64,000 bases of DNA from Candidatus Omnitrophota bacterium (GTDB lineage Bacteria; Omnitrophota; Gorgyraeia; Gygaellales; Profunditerraquicolaceae). Shown one piece after another: positions 39,798-52,347 of the stretch. Location: NCBI GenBank assembly GCA_041650835.1, contig JBAZKL010000004.1:294900-358899 (forward strand). Reading direction: 5' to 3'. The translations under genes were made by a program, and so were the position numbers. Each line of letters begins with the position of its first letter. The stretch's first letter is position 1. The notes under the pieces are model-generated. The model did no database searches. It saw nothing but the letters and a program-made list of their open reading frames with translations, and was not told the DNA's origin.

Positions 39798-40392
39798 AAT
39801 TATAACTGTTACGATGGATAATACTGGCCCCGAATTCTTTGAGCGCCTTGCGATGCTCGCTCGTAGGATACCCCTTGTGCCGCAGGAAGCCGTATTGCGG
39901 GAAAACTTTATCATACACCTGCATAATACGGTCGCGGGTAACCTTAGCTACTATAGAAGCGGAAGCAATGCTTTGAGACTTCGCGTCGCCTTTTATAATA
40001 TTCGTAAAGGGGAGGGTAAAACGCGGTTTAACGGTACCATCAACAAGGATATACATCTCTTCCTGTTTACAGGAAACCATTTTTTCCAGAAGGTCATTGA
40101 CCGCGTCTTCCATAGCGATGCGCGTAGCTTCCAGGATATTTAACCGGTCAATGATCTTTTCATTAACGATCCCCACGCCGCATACCGCTTTAAGAGAGAG
40201 CTCGACAAAAGCCTTTTCCCGCTGCGAATAACTTAATTTCTTTGAATCATCGATACGATTCTTGAACCGCCTGGACTTAAGCAGCACCGCTGCCGCCACA
40301 ACCGGGCCCGCTAAAGGGCCGATCCCGACCTCATCGACTCCGATAATAAAAGGATAGCCTTTTTTCTGGAACTTTCTCTCGTAATAGAGCAC
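39790..40392 (-). CDS. rnhB: Ribonuclease HII
   Basis: 200 aa. The DEVGIGPLAGPVV catalytic motif is present. Confidence 0.9.
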   Translation of the reverse strand: MLYYERKFQKKGYPFIIGVDEVGIGPLAGPVVAAAVLLKSRRFKNRIDDSKKLSYSQREKAFVELSLKAVCGVGIVNEKIIDRLNILEATRIAMEDAVNDLLEKMVSCKQEEMYILVDGTVKPRFTLPFTNIIKGDAKSQSIASASIVAKVTRDRIMQVYDKVFPQYGFLRHKGYPTSEHRKALKEFGASIIHRNSYNCV

Positions 40393-40423
40393 CGTGTGAT
40401 TTCTTAAGCGATAGTGTTTTTAC

Positions 40424-40784
40424 TTACCCCTTACTTATTACGGGCTTTTCTTCACGAGCGGCGATCTTAGTCGCGTTCTTTCCGACCTTCGAGCGTAAAT
40501 AAAAAAGCTTGGAACGTTTTACCTTACCTCTCCTTAAGACCTCAATACGTTCGATATTGGGCGAATAGAGCGGAAAAACCCGTTCGATGCCTTCACCAAA
40601 AGAGATCTTTCTGACCGTAAAGGCTTGACGGACCCCGGCGCCTTTTTGGGCTATCACGATCCCTTCAAAAGGATGCAGCCTGACCTTGTCCCCTTCGGGG
40701 ATCTTGGTCATGACTTTCACCGTGTCGCCAACGCCGAAAACCGGCATTTCTTTCTTTGTGTATTCCTGTTCGACTTGTTTGATT

Positions 40785-40798
<14 letters not shown>
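40424..40798 (-). CDS. rplS: 50S ribosomal protein L19
   Basis: [11 protein letters not shown]...FGVGDTVKV...[14 protein letters not shown]. Start is taken at the MDKIKQ Met; the ORF track extends it upstream to 40867. Confidence 0.9.
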
Positions 40799-42876
<2,078 letters not shown>

Positions 42877-43061
42877 ATTAACGTTATATCAGTATCCCAA
42901 TTAAATAATGAGGTTGCGGTTACGGCTATGTTTGGGTTTCGGATTCATCGCTAAAATACAAACAAGCACAATGTTCTATACTTGAGTTTTCTTAGGGAAA
43001 TAAGTATCTGAAATTATTGCCGTTAGGATTATATGGAGAGGATGCGTAAACCTTCTCTAGC

Positions 43062-43433
43062 CTAAAACCTGATGTTATCTTTTTTAATCCGCGTATGCAC
43101 GTAATGGATTATTTGCAATCTATCTTTAAGATTCATCCTTAAGAATTCAATCCCTGTTTCAAAATATTCTTTTCCATTCTTTTCTTTCTTTGGCACCGGC
43201 AACTGCCAGGCAACCCGGGCTAAAGCCTTAAAATCCTGGGCCTCCAGAGGAAGCAATAAACTTATATCCAGAGTAGTCCCCGAGAAAATACGTTCAGGAA
43301 GCCAGGCGCGCACACCGCCTCCGCCGAGATCCAATGACTGAAATTCATTACTACTGGGCTGACCGGTGACCTTATAGGTTACCTTTACGCCGTTCTTAAG
43401 CCTGTAATACCTTCTTTTATTTTGGTCAGCCAT
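43062..43433 (-). CDS. PilZ-domain c-di-GMP-binding protein
   Basis: 123 aa. RRYYRL (RxxxR) and DLGGGG (DxSxxG-like) motifs are present. Confidence 0.75.
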   Translation of the reverse strand: MADQNKRRYYRLKNGVKVTYKVTGQPSSNEFQSLDLGGGGVRAWLPERIFSGTTLDISLLLPLEAQDFKALARVAWQLPVPKKEKNGKEYFETGIEFLRMNLKDRLQIIHYVHTRIKKDNIRF

Positions 43434-43468
43434 CTCTTAGAAAAGCAGCAAAAAATACCCTTACGCCG

Positions 43469-44065
43469 TTAAAACGCCCGTTTACAATCAGGACAGACAA
43501 AATGTGAAATAAACCAATGCCCGTCGGCGCGCGTATAATCGGGAATAAGCTCCAAATTCATCGATGTCTTGCATTGCGGGCATTGAAAAGAATTCGACAA
43601 ACCGATATCCTGCTGTAGCTTCGCCGCGTCTGCCTTCACGTCATGCATCGATAAATGGTAATAATTCAAGCTCTTCTTCACATTCGATTTCACCAATAAG
43701 TCGCGGATCTTGCTCAATATCTCCCGGGGGGTATAAAAGCCTTTGACGGTATAATCATTTGCCCCTAAATCCAGGCCCTTCTTAATGGTCTCGCGGTCAC
43801 CGAGCACTGAAAAGACGATCACCGGGATCTCCCGCGTCACATCATCGGCGCGCAGGCGTTTTAAAACTTCAAAACCGCTCAAGCTGGGCAAGACAATGTC
43901 CAATAATATCAACCCCGGCTGTTCAGAACGGGCGATATTAATGCCCTTAACACCGTCATCAGCTTCCAAAACGGTATAACCTTCATTCTGCAAAACATCC
44001 ATATAGATCCTGCGGAAGCCGGGTTCATCGTCAACAATAAGAATAGTATTCTTGGTATTTTCCAT
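43469..44065 (-). CDS. Response regulator (REC domain) with a C-terminal zinc-ribbon
   Basis: The REC domain has ILIVDDEP and LILLDIVLP (phospho-acceptor Asp). The C-terminus is CPQCK...CPDCKRAF. Confidence 0.8.
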   Translation of the reverse strand: MENTKNTILIVDDEPGFRRIYMDVLQNEGYTVLEADDGVKGINIARSEQPGLILLDIVLPSLSGFEVLKRLRADDVTREIPVIVFSVLGDRETIKKGLDLGANDYTVKGFYTPREILSKIRDLLVKSNVKKSLNYYHLSMHDVKADAAKLQQDIGLSNSFQCPQCKTSMNLELIPDYTRADGHWFISHFVCPDCKRAF

Positions 44066-44086
44066 ATACGTCCTCCTTGAGGGTTA

Positions 44087-45547
44087 TTATACCATACCTA
44101 ACGGGATTTTAATAATAAATTTGCTTCCTTTTCCCAGCGCCGACTGCACGGACACATCGCCCTTTTGCAGGAGCATAAAGCTCTTAGCTATATACAACCC
44201 CAGGCCCGCTCCGCCCTCAGAACGGGGGCTGCCGCCCAATGCCTGTTCTTTCTTAAAGATCTTGTTCAAGAACTCCGGGGAAATTCCCGAGCCGGTATCT
44301 TCGATCTCGATAAACCCGAAATCTTTATCATCCTTGAGCCGTATCGTGATCCGCCCTTGAGGGGTGAATTTAACCGCGTTACTAATAATATTGCCGGCTA
44401 CTTCAACCATTTTATCTTTATCCGCCGCGCAGGTGACCTGCTTTTCCATTCCTTCAATGGCGAGGGTAATGCCGCGGGCCTTTATTTCTTCACGGTAATC
44501 CCTGAGCGACAACTCAACGATCTCTTGCAGTGAAACCGGCTGGATCTTTACGGAGATGACCCCGCGCTCAATGCGGGAGACATTAAGCAAGTCGGCGACC
44601 AGGCGGTACGCGCGCAGGCCTATATGCTGCATCTCCGTAAGGTATTGCTTTTGTTTTAGGTTTATTTCACCGGTCAAGCCCGTCAACATATTATCAATAT
44701 ACCCGCGGATCTCTCCAACAGGTGTTTTTAACTGATGCGATACCATAGCCACAAAATCGCTCTTCATCTGCTCAATGCGTTTTCTCTCGGTGATATCATT
44801 GAATATTTCAAGCACCGCTTTCTTGCCTTCATAGATCATGCCGACATGCATGATCTGGAATATCTTTCCTCCGGTCACCCCCTCGACTTCGATGGTCCGG
44901 AGCTCTCCGACGCTGATATTATCCCGCAAGGAGCACCCCTTGCACTGCATTTTATCATCTTTATAGATCAACCAGCATTTCTGCCCCAGGCATTCTTTTC
45001 CAAAAAGAGCCTCGAAGTTCTCGCTTAAATAGAGGATATCGCCTTTTTCATCGACAATATCCATACCGAACGGCAGCGCTTTAAGGATAGAACGGTTAAA
45101 ATCATTCATCTTACGCAGCTGTTCCTCGATACGCTGGCGCTCAACGGCATAGCGGATGGAACGGACCAGCAAATTACCGTCAGCCTGGCCTTTGACTAAA
45201 TAATCCTGCGCGCCGGCATGGACCGCCTGCATGGCAAGGGCTTCATCATAAAGCCCCGTCAATACCACAACGGCTACGCCCTTTGCCGATGTTTGGATCT
45301 TAAAGAACGTATCGATCCCCTGGCTGTCAGGAAGAGAAAGGTCAAGCAGGATAACATCGACCGCAGACGACTGCAGCCTCGCCAGCCCCCGCTCCAGCGA
45401 ATCGACCCATTCCATCGCAAAAGGAGACACCGGAGAATCCCCTAATAACTCTTTCATCAGGCGGGCGTCTCCCGGATTATCTTCGATCAATAAAATACTG
45501 ATTTTATTATGAGCCATATTATTCCCGTTTGCTGCGTTTATGTTCAT
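44087..45547 (-). CDS. Hybrid sensor histidine kinase (REC - PAS - HisKA - HATPase_c)
   Basis: N-terminal REC (ILLIEDNPGDARLM, ILLDLSLPD). A PAS-like middle region follows. The H-box is VAMVSHQLKTP. N, G1 and G2 boxes are present (GSGIS, GGAGLGL). Confidence 0.85.
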   Translation of the reverse strand: MNINAANGNNMAHNKISILLIEDNPGDARLMKELLGDSPVSPFAMEWVDSLERGLARLQSSAVDVILLDLSLPDSQGIDTFFKIQTSAKGVAVVVLTGLYDEALAMQAVHAGAQDYLVKGQADGNLLVRSIRYAVERQRIEEQLRKMNDFNRSILKALPFGMDIVDEKGDILYLSENFEALFGKECLGQKCWLIYKDDKMQCKGCSLRDNISVGELRTIEVEGVTGGKIFQIMHVGMIYEGKKAVLEIFNDITERKRIEQMKSDFVAMVSHQLKTPVGEIRGYIDNMLTGLTGEINLKQKQYLTEMQHIGLRAYRLVADLLNVSRIERGVISVKIQPVSLQEIVELSLRDYREEIKARGITLAIEGMEKQVTCAADKDKMVEVAGNIISNAVKFTPQGRITIRLKDDKDFGFIEIEDTGSGISPEFLNKIFKKEQALGGSPRSEGGAGLGLYIAKSFMLLQKGDVSVQSALGKGSKFIIKIPLGMV

Positions 45548-46406
45548 ATAATGCCCGGTCCGCCTGCTCCATCAATTGGGCCAACGTGACCGGCGCTTTG
45601 GAGCTATTTAAAAAAACGATGCCCATACTAAGCGATAATTGATACGCGCGCCCTGCGGCGGTATTATATTCCCTGACATTGCCTTCGACCCGGTTTTTGA
45701 TGATCTCGGCGGTATCATCCGCGGCATCTATCGCCAGGACAATGAATTCATCCCCGCCGATCCTGCCGACAATATCAGTTTCACGGAATGTTTTCTTAAG
45801 GATATCCGCAACCGCGACCAATGCCCGGTCTCCTTCTAAATGGCCATAGGTATCATTGATCTTTTTGAGGCGGTCGAGGTCGATAAAAACTACAAAGAAT
45901 CCCCGCATCGTCCTGCGGGATAGTTTTATCTGCTGCTGCGCCAGGGACATAAAACCGCGGCGGTTATACAGGCCGCTCAAATCATCAACCAGCGACTCAC
46001 CGCGCAGTGCCGCCTGCATACGGTTCCTTTCTATCGCGTAACGAAGCGCCCGCACCAGCAGATTCCCTTCGACCTGCCCCTTTACTAAATAATCCTGGGC
46101 GCCTTCCTGGACAGCCTGCATCGCGGTGGCTTCATCAGAGACCCCCGACATAACCACCACCGGGACACCCCCGGAGGCGGCCTTCATCTTATGGAACGTC
46201 TCCAACCCCCTGCTATCGGGCAGCATCAGGTCAAGCAAAATAACATCAAAATGAGCTTCCCCGTTTTTCTGCAAAGCTTCGCTGATCTTTCCGGCATAAG
46301 ATATTTCAAAGCGCACGCTTACGGCTAAAGATAAGTACTCTTTCAACAGGCGGGCATCTCCCGGATTATCTTCAACTAAAAGGATCTTGATCAGTTTTGT
46401 ATCCAT
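45519..46406 (-). CDS. Response regulator-diguanylate cyclase (REC-GGDEF)
   Basis: REC domain (ILLVEDNPGDARLLKE, ILLDLMLPD). The GGDEF domain has an intact RIGGDEF active site and an RxxD-like I-site region. Confidence 0.85.
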   Translation of the reverse strand: MDTKLIKILLVEDNPGDARLLKEYLSLAVSVRFEISYAGKISEALQKNGEAHFDVILLDLMLPDSRGLETFHKMKAASGGVPVVVMSGVSDEATAMQAVQEGAQDYLVKGQVEGNLLVRALRYAIERNRMQAALRGESLVDDLSGLYNRRGFMSLAQQQIKLSRRTMRGFFVVFIDLDRLKKINDTYGHLEGDRALVAVADILKKTFRETDIVGRIGGDEFIVLAIDAADDTAEIIKNRVEGNVREYNTAAGRAYQLSLSMGIVFLNSSKAPVTLAQLMEQADRALYEHKRSKRE

Positions 46407-46864
46407 TACGTCAGGCCCTCCGCAGCCGGCAGGAGGACCACTCCCATCCAGAATCGTTCGATCATTTTTACGATCTGGATGAACTCTTCCAGGTCAAAAG
46501 GCTTAGTGATATAGCAATTCGCGTGCAAGGCATAACTGCGGCGCACATCCTCCGCAGCGTGAGAAGTCGTCAAGATCAAGACCGGGATACTCTTGAAATC
46601 ATGATCCTCCTTGATCTCCGACAACACCTGACGGCCGTCTTTTTTAGGAAGGTTAAGGTCCAGAAGGATCAGGCCCGGGCGCGCGGCATGAGCATAGGCT
46701 CCCTGGCGCCGTAAAAACTCCAGAGCCTGGACACCGTCCTCGGCAACATTAAGGTTATTGCGCACACGGCTGTCTTTAAATACTTCCCGCATCAAACGGA
46801 CATCTCCGGGATTATCTTCGATGAGCAGGATCTCTATCGCGGGTACCGCTGAATTCTCAAACAT
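46406..46864 (-). CDS. Stand-alone CheY-like response regulator (REC only)
   Basis: 152 aa. ILLIEDNPGDVRLM and LILLDLNLPKKDG are present. Confidence 0.85.
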   Translation of the reverse strand: MFENSAVPAIEILLIEDNPGDVRLMREVFKDSRVRNNLNVAEDGVQALEFLRRQGAYAHAARPGLILLDLNLPKKDGRQVLSEIKEDHDFKSIPVLILTTSHAAEDVRRSYALHANCYITKPFDLEEFIQIVKMIERFWMGVVLLPAAEGLT

Positions 46865-49800
46865 GCCCTGTTTTCTCCATTACGGGGATCTTAAAATAAA
46901 AGGTCGTCCCGACCCCGGGTTGGGATTCTACCCAAATACTGCCGCCGTGGCGCTCGAGGATCTTCTTGCAAATTGCCAGCCCCATACCCGTACCGGGATA
47001 TTCTTTGCGGGAATGCAGCCGCTGAAAGATCTTAAAGAGCCGCTCGGCATACTGTTGTTCAAACCCGATCCCGTTATCCGCCACGGTAAAGAACCAATCG
47101 CTCTCCCGGCGTTCACCGCTGACCGTTATACGCGGAGGCTCAAGTCCCCTGAATTTAATCGCGTTACAGATCAGATTCTGGAACAACTGTTCCATCTGCT
47201 GGTTATCGGCGATTATCGTCGGCAAAGAGAAATAAGCAATGACCGCGCGGGTTTCCTCGATACTGACCCGGATATTCGCCAGCACCCGCGCTAAAACCGT
47301 ATTACAATCGACCTCGCTAAACTGTTTGCTTTGCGTGCCGACGCGTGAATAGGTCAGCAAGGCATTGATCAAGGCCTGCATCCAGTTGACCCCGTCAACA
47401 GCAAATCCGATAAAATCATTCGCGTCGGCGTCAAGCTTATCCTTATAGCGTTTCTCCAGAAGCTGAACATAGCTGGAAACCATGCGCAGCGGCTCCTGCA
47501 GGTCATGAGAAGCAATATAGGCGAAATGCTCCAGCTCCGTATTGGAACGCACCAACTCCTGCGTTTGCCGCTCCAGCACTTCCTCGGCGCGCGTGCGTTC
47601 AGTCAGATCCTGCAAGGTCTGGATCGCCGCGATCACATCCCCTTTTCTATTATATATCGGGACCGCTTCAAAAAGGATATAGCGGTCTTTCCCGCCTAAA
47701 TTCTGATACCATCCTTCAGCCAGCAAGCCGTTCGGCGCCAGGGTCGAACGGCCGTATTGCTTATAATAATTGGCTACACTTTCATGGTTGGCATCGACTA
47801 CCAGGTCTGCCAGGACGGGACGGCGGCTTTTATAAAAAGGCTTCCATTGATTGGACGTGCCGATCAATTCGTTCCCCCGGAAACCGCTCAGGCGTTCACA
47901 AGCTTTGTTCCAGAAAATAACCCGGTGAGACGCGTTTATGACGAACGTCGCCATAGCTGAGTTTTGCACCAGGTTTTCGGAGAACTCTTTCTGTTCCTGG
48001 AGCTCATATTCGGCGTTCTTACGTTCGGTAATATCGGTAGCGATAAATAAAAATCCGGTCAATTGCCCCGAGGCGTCGCGCTGAGCGGTCACCGAAACAT
48101 TGACCGTGATATGTTTTCCATCCCTGCAGACGTAGGTCCATTCACGCTCGTCTGACCTGCCATGCCGCGCCTGTTCGACCAGGACATCAAACCCGGAAAT
48201 AGGCCGTTTAAATTCCCAGGATAACTCTTTGCTTCGGGCACCAAGCTCAGATTCCAAATGGATGACTTCAGGCGTATGCATCTCGATCATGTCTTCGGCA
48301 AGATACCCGAGCATCCGCTCCGCTCCGGCATTAAAGACCGTGACCAATCCATGCAGCTCAGTGGCGATAATAGCAACCTGTGTCGCGGCATTTAAGACCG
48401 TGCGCAGCTGTGTATTAGCGGTGGCGATCAATGTCAACAGATGCTCTCTCTGGCGCACCACTACAAAAAATACCATGACCAGGATACACAAGAACAAGAT
48501 AATAGTGATCCCGAATAACCGGTATTGTAAAAAAGTCCTGGTCGAACTCAAAAGGACCACCGACCATTCTTCCCGGTTGATCAACTGGCGCACCACGTAA
48601 AAACTTTCTCCCTTAAAGCTTATCTTGTCTCCATCAGAGAACGTTTGCGAGCACATGACGCTGATAGCTTTATTACCGAACTGCTGAGACTGCGCTAAAC
48701 GGGACAAGGCAGGCGCAGAGATCGGCCATAGGCTTTGGAACAACATCTCCTTCTTGCTGGACAGGAATATGATTCCCTGCCCGTCGATCAAGAAACAATA
48801 CGGGAATTGTTTAAACGCCCCTTCGATCAAATCAATGCTTTTCTTAATGACCGCAATACCGATAACTTCGTTCTCGGCATCCCGGACCGGGTAACTCGCG
48901 TAATAACAACGCTCACCTGATACCGTATCCAGGGAAAAATAATGATCCGGCCAACCCGCGCGTGATTTCTTAAAATACGGCAGGTTCACCAATGACTTTC
49001 CGATAAGACTATCCTGTTTATGCCTCTGTGAAGAGGCTATTACCACTCCTTCTTGGTTAATCAGGAAACACGCCGACATTCCTAAAGAATCCTGATACCG
49101 GTCGAGGACTGAATTGGCTTTCTCCAGTTCTTCCCCGGAGCCGATAATTAATGCCGGAGTGACCCAGGGAGAACCGCTGATGGCCATAACCGCCTGTTCA
49201 GTCTTTGTCAATTCAGAGGTTAAATTATGGACTGAATCAGAGATATCGATCCGGGCGTCGCTGATCAGCTTATTCCTCTCATAATTACCCAAAGAATTGG
49301 TAAAAAACCATCCTCCCGTGATTATCAGCATCAAAGTCAGGATAAGCCACGGGGATAACTGCGCGTAAACAGGATGCCCGTGAGCCCTAAAAGTAAACCA
49401 GCGGGAAATTTCCGAGTAGACCCATAAGGTCAAAGCCAACAGAAGGACGAGTAACCCCTGCACAAATTGCACAGGGAATCCCAGCAGGCGCAAGAACAGA
49501 TCGCTATTAACCCAGCGGGCAGGCGTTATCCATGACGCAGGGACCATAAAACAATTGATTACCGCATAACTCAAGAATAAGACACTGATAAATAAAAGGC
49601 AATTGCGTAAATACGAACCGATCTCTGATTTTGAATATTTATAAAAGATCCAACAAACAAACAGGCTGCCGGGGATGCCCAGAAAATAGCGGCAGGAGAT
49701 ATCCAAACCCGTAAACCCTCCTATCCCTCCTGCGGCAGTTAACCCCAGGAGCGGCACATATACCCATAAACCAAAACTTTTCTTGCGGATAAATAAGAGC

Positions 49801-50072
49801 CCTCTGCGGTCAAATTCAATGAGCAACACGTAAGAACCGGCCAAAAATAAGAACCGGCCGATCTCTAAGATCCTGTTCTGCCCAAAAAGGCCTAACAGAA
49901 TATTCAGCAATTCATAGACATACTGGAAAACGGCAAAAAAACCTAACCAATGCCACGAACGCTTCTGGAATTGTTCTTTAGATAATATAAAACATATGAC
50001 GGCAAAAACCAGATAAACCAAACCGCAGAAAAAATGGATATAATCTAATTGCTCTTCAAAAAAAGTGGGCAT
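46857..50072 (-). CDS. Large multi-sensor histidine kinase (N-terminal polytopic membrane region, Cache-like extracytoplasmic domain, PAS domains, HisKA, HATPase_c)
   Basis: 1071 aa. The N-terminus has about 7 TM helices. The H-box is IASHDLQEPLRM. The C-terminal ATPase has GTGMGLAICKKI (G2 box). Confidence 0.85.
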   Translation of the reverse strand: MPTFFEEQLDYIHFFCGLVYLVFAVICFILSKEQFQKRSWHWLGFFAVFQYVYELLNILLGLFGQNRILEIGRFLFLAGSYVLLIEFDRRGLLFIRKKSFGLWVYVPLLGLTAAGGIGGFTGLDISCRYFLGIPGSLFVCWIFYKYSKSEIGSYLRNCLLFISVLFLSYAVINCFMVPASWITPARWVNSDLFLRLLGFPVQFVQGLLVLLLALTLWVYSEISRWFTFRAHGHPVYAQLSPWLILTLMLIITGGWFFTNSLGNYERNKLISDARIDISDSVHNLTSELTKTEQAVMAISGSPWVTPALIIGSGEELEKANSVLDRYQDSLGMSACFLINQEGVVIASSQRHKQDSLIGKSLVNLPYFKKSRAGWPDHYFSLDTVSGERCYYASYPVRDAENEVIGIAVIKKSIDLIEGAFKQFPYCFLIDGQGIIFLSSKKEMLFQSLWPISAPALSRLAQSQQFGNKAISVMCSQTFSDGDKISFKGESFYVVRQLINREEWSVVLLSSTRTFLQYRLFGITIILFLCILVMVFFVVVRQREHLLTLIATANTQLRTVLNAATQVAIIATELHGLVTVFNAGAERMLGYLAEDMIEMHTPEVIHLESELGARSKELSWEFKRPISGFDVLVEQARHGRSDEREWTYVCRDGKHITVNVSVTAQRDASGQLTGFLFIATDITERKNAEYELQEQKEFSENLVQNSAMATFVINASHRVIFWNKACERLSGFRGNELIGTSNQWKPFYKSRRPVLADLVVDANHESVANYYKQYGRSTLAPNGLLAEGWYQNLGGKDRYILFEAVPIYNRKGDVIAAIQTLQDLTERTRAEEVLERQTQELVRSNTELEHFAYIASHDLQEPLRMVSSYVQLLEKRYKDKLDADANDFIGFAVDGVNWMQALINALLTYSRVGTQSKQFSEVDCNTVLARVLANIRVSIEETRAVIAYFSLPTIIADNQQMEQLFQNLICNAIKFRGLEPPRITVSGERRESDWFFTVADNGIGFEQQYAERLFKIFQRLHSRKEYPGTGMGLAICKKILERHGGSIWVESQPGVGTTFYFKIPVMEKTGHV

Positions 50073-50194
50073 CTATTGGGGCGACCTCCGGGACCTGAAA
50101 GTGTTTTCTTCTCAGGAGTTACAAAGAAGAACGAATAATCAAATAGTAACATATCGGTTCATAAGAGGCAACAGTTTTCCCTGTCGATAACCTC

Positions 50195-51184
50195 CTACAC
50201 GATCAACATCGCATCGCCATAGCTGTAAAAGCGGTATTTGTGTTCAATAGCTTCCTGATAGGCGCGCTTCATAAATTGCTCCCCCGCGAAAGCGCATGAG
50301 AGCATAAAGAGGGTCGTGCGCGGCAGGTGAAAATTAGTAATAAAAGAATCTACCAGCTTAAACTGATATCCCGGATAAATGAACAGGTCAGTATCCCCCT
50401 CCTGCTTGCCGGAAGCGTACGTTTCTATCGTGCGGCAGGTGGTAGTCCCAACGGCAAAGATCCGCCTTTTTTCTTGACGCGCCCGGTCTATGCCCGTTTT
50501 TGTTTCATCGCTGATGTAAAACCGCTCGGCGCCCATACGATGGCTGGCAACATCTTCCGCCTTGACCGGCTGAAAAGTCGCGTGTCCCACATGCAAAGTC
50601 AAATACCGAATATCCACCCCGGCTGCGGCGATACGCGCCAGCAGCTGCTCGGTAAAATGCAATCCCGCTGTCGGAGAAGCGATAGACCCCTCAGCGCGGG
50701 CATACACCGTTTGATAATCATACGTATCTTGAGGTTCGGCCTTGCGCTTAATGTACGGAGGTAACGGGATTACTCCCAACCGGTAGACCGACTGGACATC
50801 GGGAGCGTCAAAGGCCACCTCATTTTTCGCGGTAATAACCGCGGTGATATCGCTGCCGGATAATGTTATCCTTTCATTCAGCTTGAGCCGGGCAGGCTTC
50901 AGCAATGCCTGGAATGTTAAACCGCTTGTACGGCTTAACAGCAATATTTCAACCCTGCCTCCGGTCGAACGCCTGCCGTATAAACGGCATGCCAGGACTT
51001 TGGTATCATTAAGCGCCAAGAGGTCTCCCGCGGAAAAATAGTCGATGATATCCTTAAAGGTCCGGTGTTCAATTGTTTGCCGGGCGCGGTTTAAGACCAG
51101 AAGCCGCGCCTGGTCGCGCTGGGCCAAAGGATATTCAGCGATCAGTTCCGAAGGAAGATGATAATCAAAATCAGCAAGCTTCAT
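50195..51184 (-). CDS. queA: S-adenosylmethionine:tRNA ribosyltransferase-isomerase
   Basis: 329 aa. MKLADFDYHLPSELIAEYP N-terminus. The QueA fold is conserved. Confidence 0.9.
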   Translation of the reverse strand: MKLADFDYHLPSELIAEYPLAQRDQARLLVLNRARQTIEHRTFKDIIDYFSAGDLLALNDTKVLACRLYGRRSTGGRVEILLLSRTSGLTFQALLKPARLKLNERITLSGSDITAVITAKNEVAFDAPDVQSVYRLGVIPLPPYIKRKAEPQDTYDYQTVYARAEGSIASPTAGLHFTEQLLARIAAAGVDIRYLTLHVGHATFQPVKAEDVASHRMGAERFYISDETKTGIDRARQEKRRIFAVGTTTCRTIETYASGKQEGDTDLFIYPGYQFKLVDSFITNFHLPRTTLFMLSCAFAGEQFMKRAYQEAIEHKYRFYSYGDAMLIV

Positions 51185-51186
51185 AT

Positions 51187-52347
51187 TTATTGAACCCGGA
51201 CAGCCACAGCGGCTCCCGGATAATAATACGCGAGTATTTCCCGGCAGGAACGCCCTTCTTTAGCCATAAAATAAGCTCCCCACTGGCAAAAACCCACGCC
51301 ATGCCCCCATCCAAGCCCTTCAAATACAAAATCACATCCTGCGGCTGAAACTTCAAACTGCAGGCTTTTAATAAGGTTCGGGCCGAGCGAGCTCCTGAAA
51401 TCCTTACCGGAAAGCTTCAAACTTTTTTCCCCGCCGCTTATCGTTAATTCGGTTATTCTCCCGGAAGCGTCTTTATGCGCACTGGTTACGGCATTTATCT
51501 TCTTGAATTTATACCCGCTCTGGGCTAATTTCTCCCGCAAGGTATTTTCCGGTAAAACCAAATGCCACCTATAGTGAGGTGACCCTTTACAAAAACCGCA
51601 GGCCACCCCCTTGAGCGGGGGGATATCGGTGTTCCATAAGGCTGAGGCGTCTTCCGTCGAGCCTGCGCACGTGGCGTGATAATACGCCGGAAAGATCTTT
51701 CCCCGGTAAGTTATCACCTGCTCCCTGGTCTCCTCGACCGCCCTGTTCGTACGGTAGCGTTCAGAGGTACTGCCTCCGTACATTTGGGAATAAATGTCGC
51801 TGGTAACATCATAATCACTCTTAGTATTTTCCTGCATCTGGAATAACGCGAAGCTGCGGCAGACGATCGCCTGCGCTTTTAACGCTTCGGCAGGCCAATA
51901 ATGAGAAGATTCATGGAATAAAACCCCTTTAATATATTCTTCGAGATCGATAAAATTGATCACCGAGAAAGAAGCTTTATCTTTTTTAAGGAGCTCTATG
52001 CCCCCTTTAAATTTGCGGCCGTTTATCGTAATGGAGTCGGCATCTGCCGGCCTTATATAAATCTTGCTCGAAGAAAAACGGGTATTCCCGATCAAAATAT
52101 TATTCTTTTCTATGGTAACGGTTGCATGCAGATTTTTACCTTGGGACAAAACCTTCTGCGCAGCAGCATCTTCGATCTTATAAGCACCCTTAATTGTCAG
52201 GATAAGCGAAGCAGCATCCTGCATTATCCTGACCCTGACCTCATGCGCGAAAGCGGAAGTTACGGCAAAGGAAAGAAGCAAAAAGGCAAAAGTAACGATC
52301 TGAACGAGGATTTTTCTTTTACTCATTAAGGTATTCTTTTCTCCCAT
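51187..52347 (-). CDS. SpoIID/LytB-domain protein (secreted; lytic-transglycosylase-like amidase enhancer family)
   Basis: 386 aa with a signal peptide. The SpoIID core is YLKGV...E...EALKAQA...R. The more likely start is the second Met at 52326, which has a GGAGAA SD sequence. Confidence 0.75.
   Translation of the reverse strand: MGEKNTLMSKRKILVQIVTFAFLLLSFAVTSAFAHEVRVRIMQDAASLILTIKGAYKIEDAAAQKVLSQGKNLHATVTIEKNNILIGNTRFSSSKIYIRPADADSITINGRKFKGGIELLKKDKASFSVINFIDLEEYIKGVLFHESSHYWPAEALKAQAIVCRSFALFQMQENTKSDYDVTSDIYSQMYGGSTSERYRTNRAVEETREQVITYRGKIFPAYYHATCAGSTEDASALWNTDIPPLKGVACGFCKGSPHYRWHLVLPENTLREKLAQSGYKFKKINAVTSAHKDASGRITELTISGGEKSLKLSGKDFRSSLGPNLIKSLQFEVSAAGCDFVFEGLGWGHGVGFCQWGAYFMAKEGRSCREILAYYYPGAAVAVRVQ

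Noticed and set aside
43564-43979. Small plus-strand ORFs inside the signalling cluster (for example 43564-43746 and 43785-43979)
   Set aside because: They are antisense to the REC-Zn-ribbon response regulator and have no independent support.
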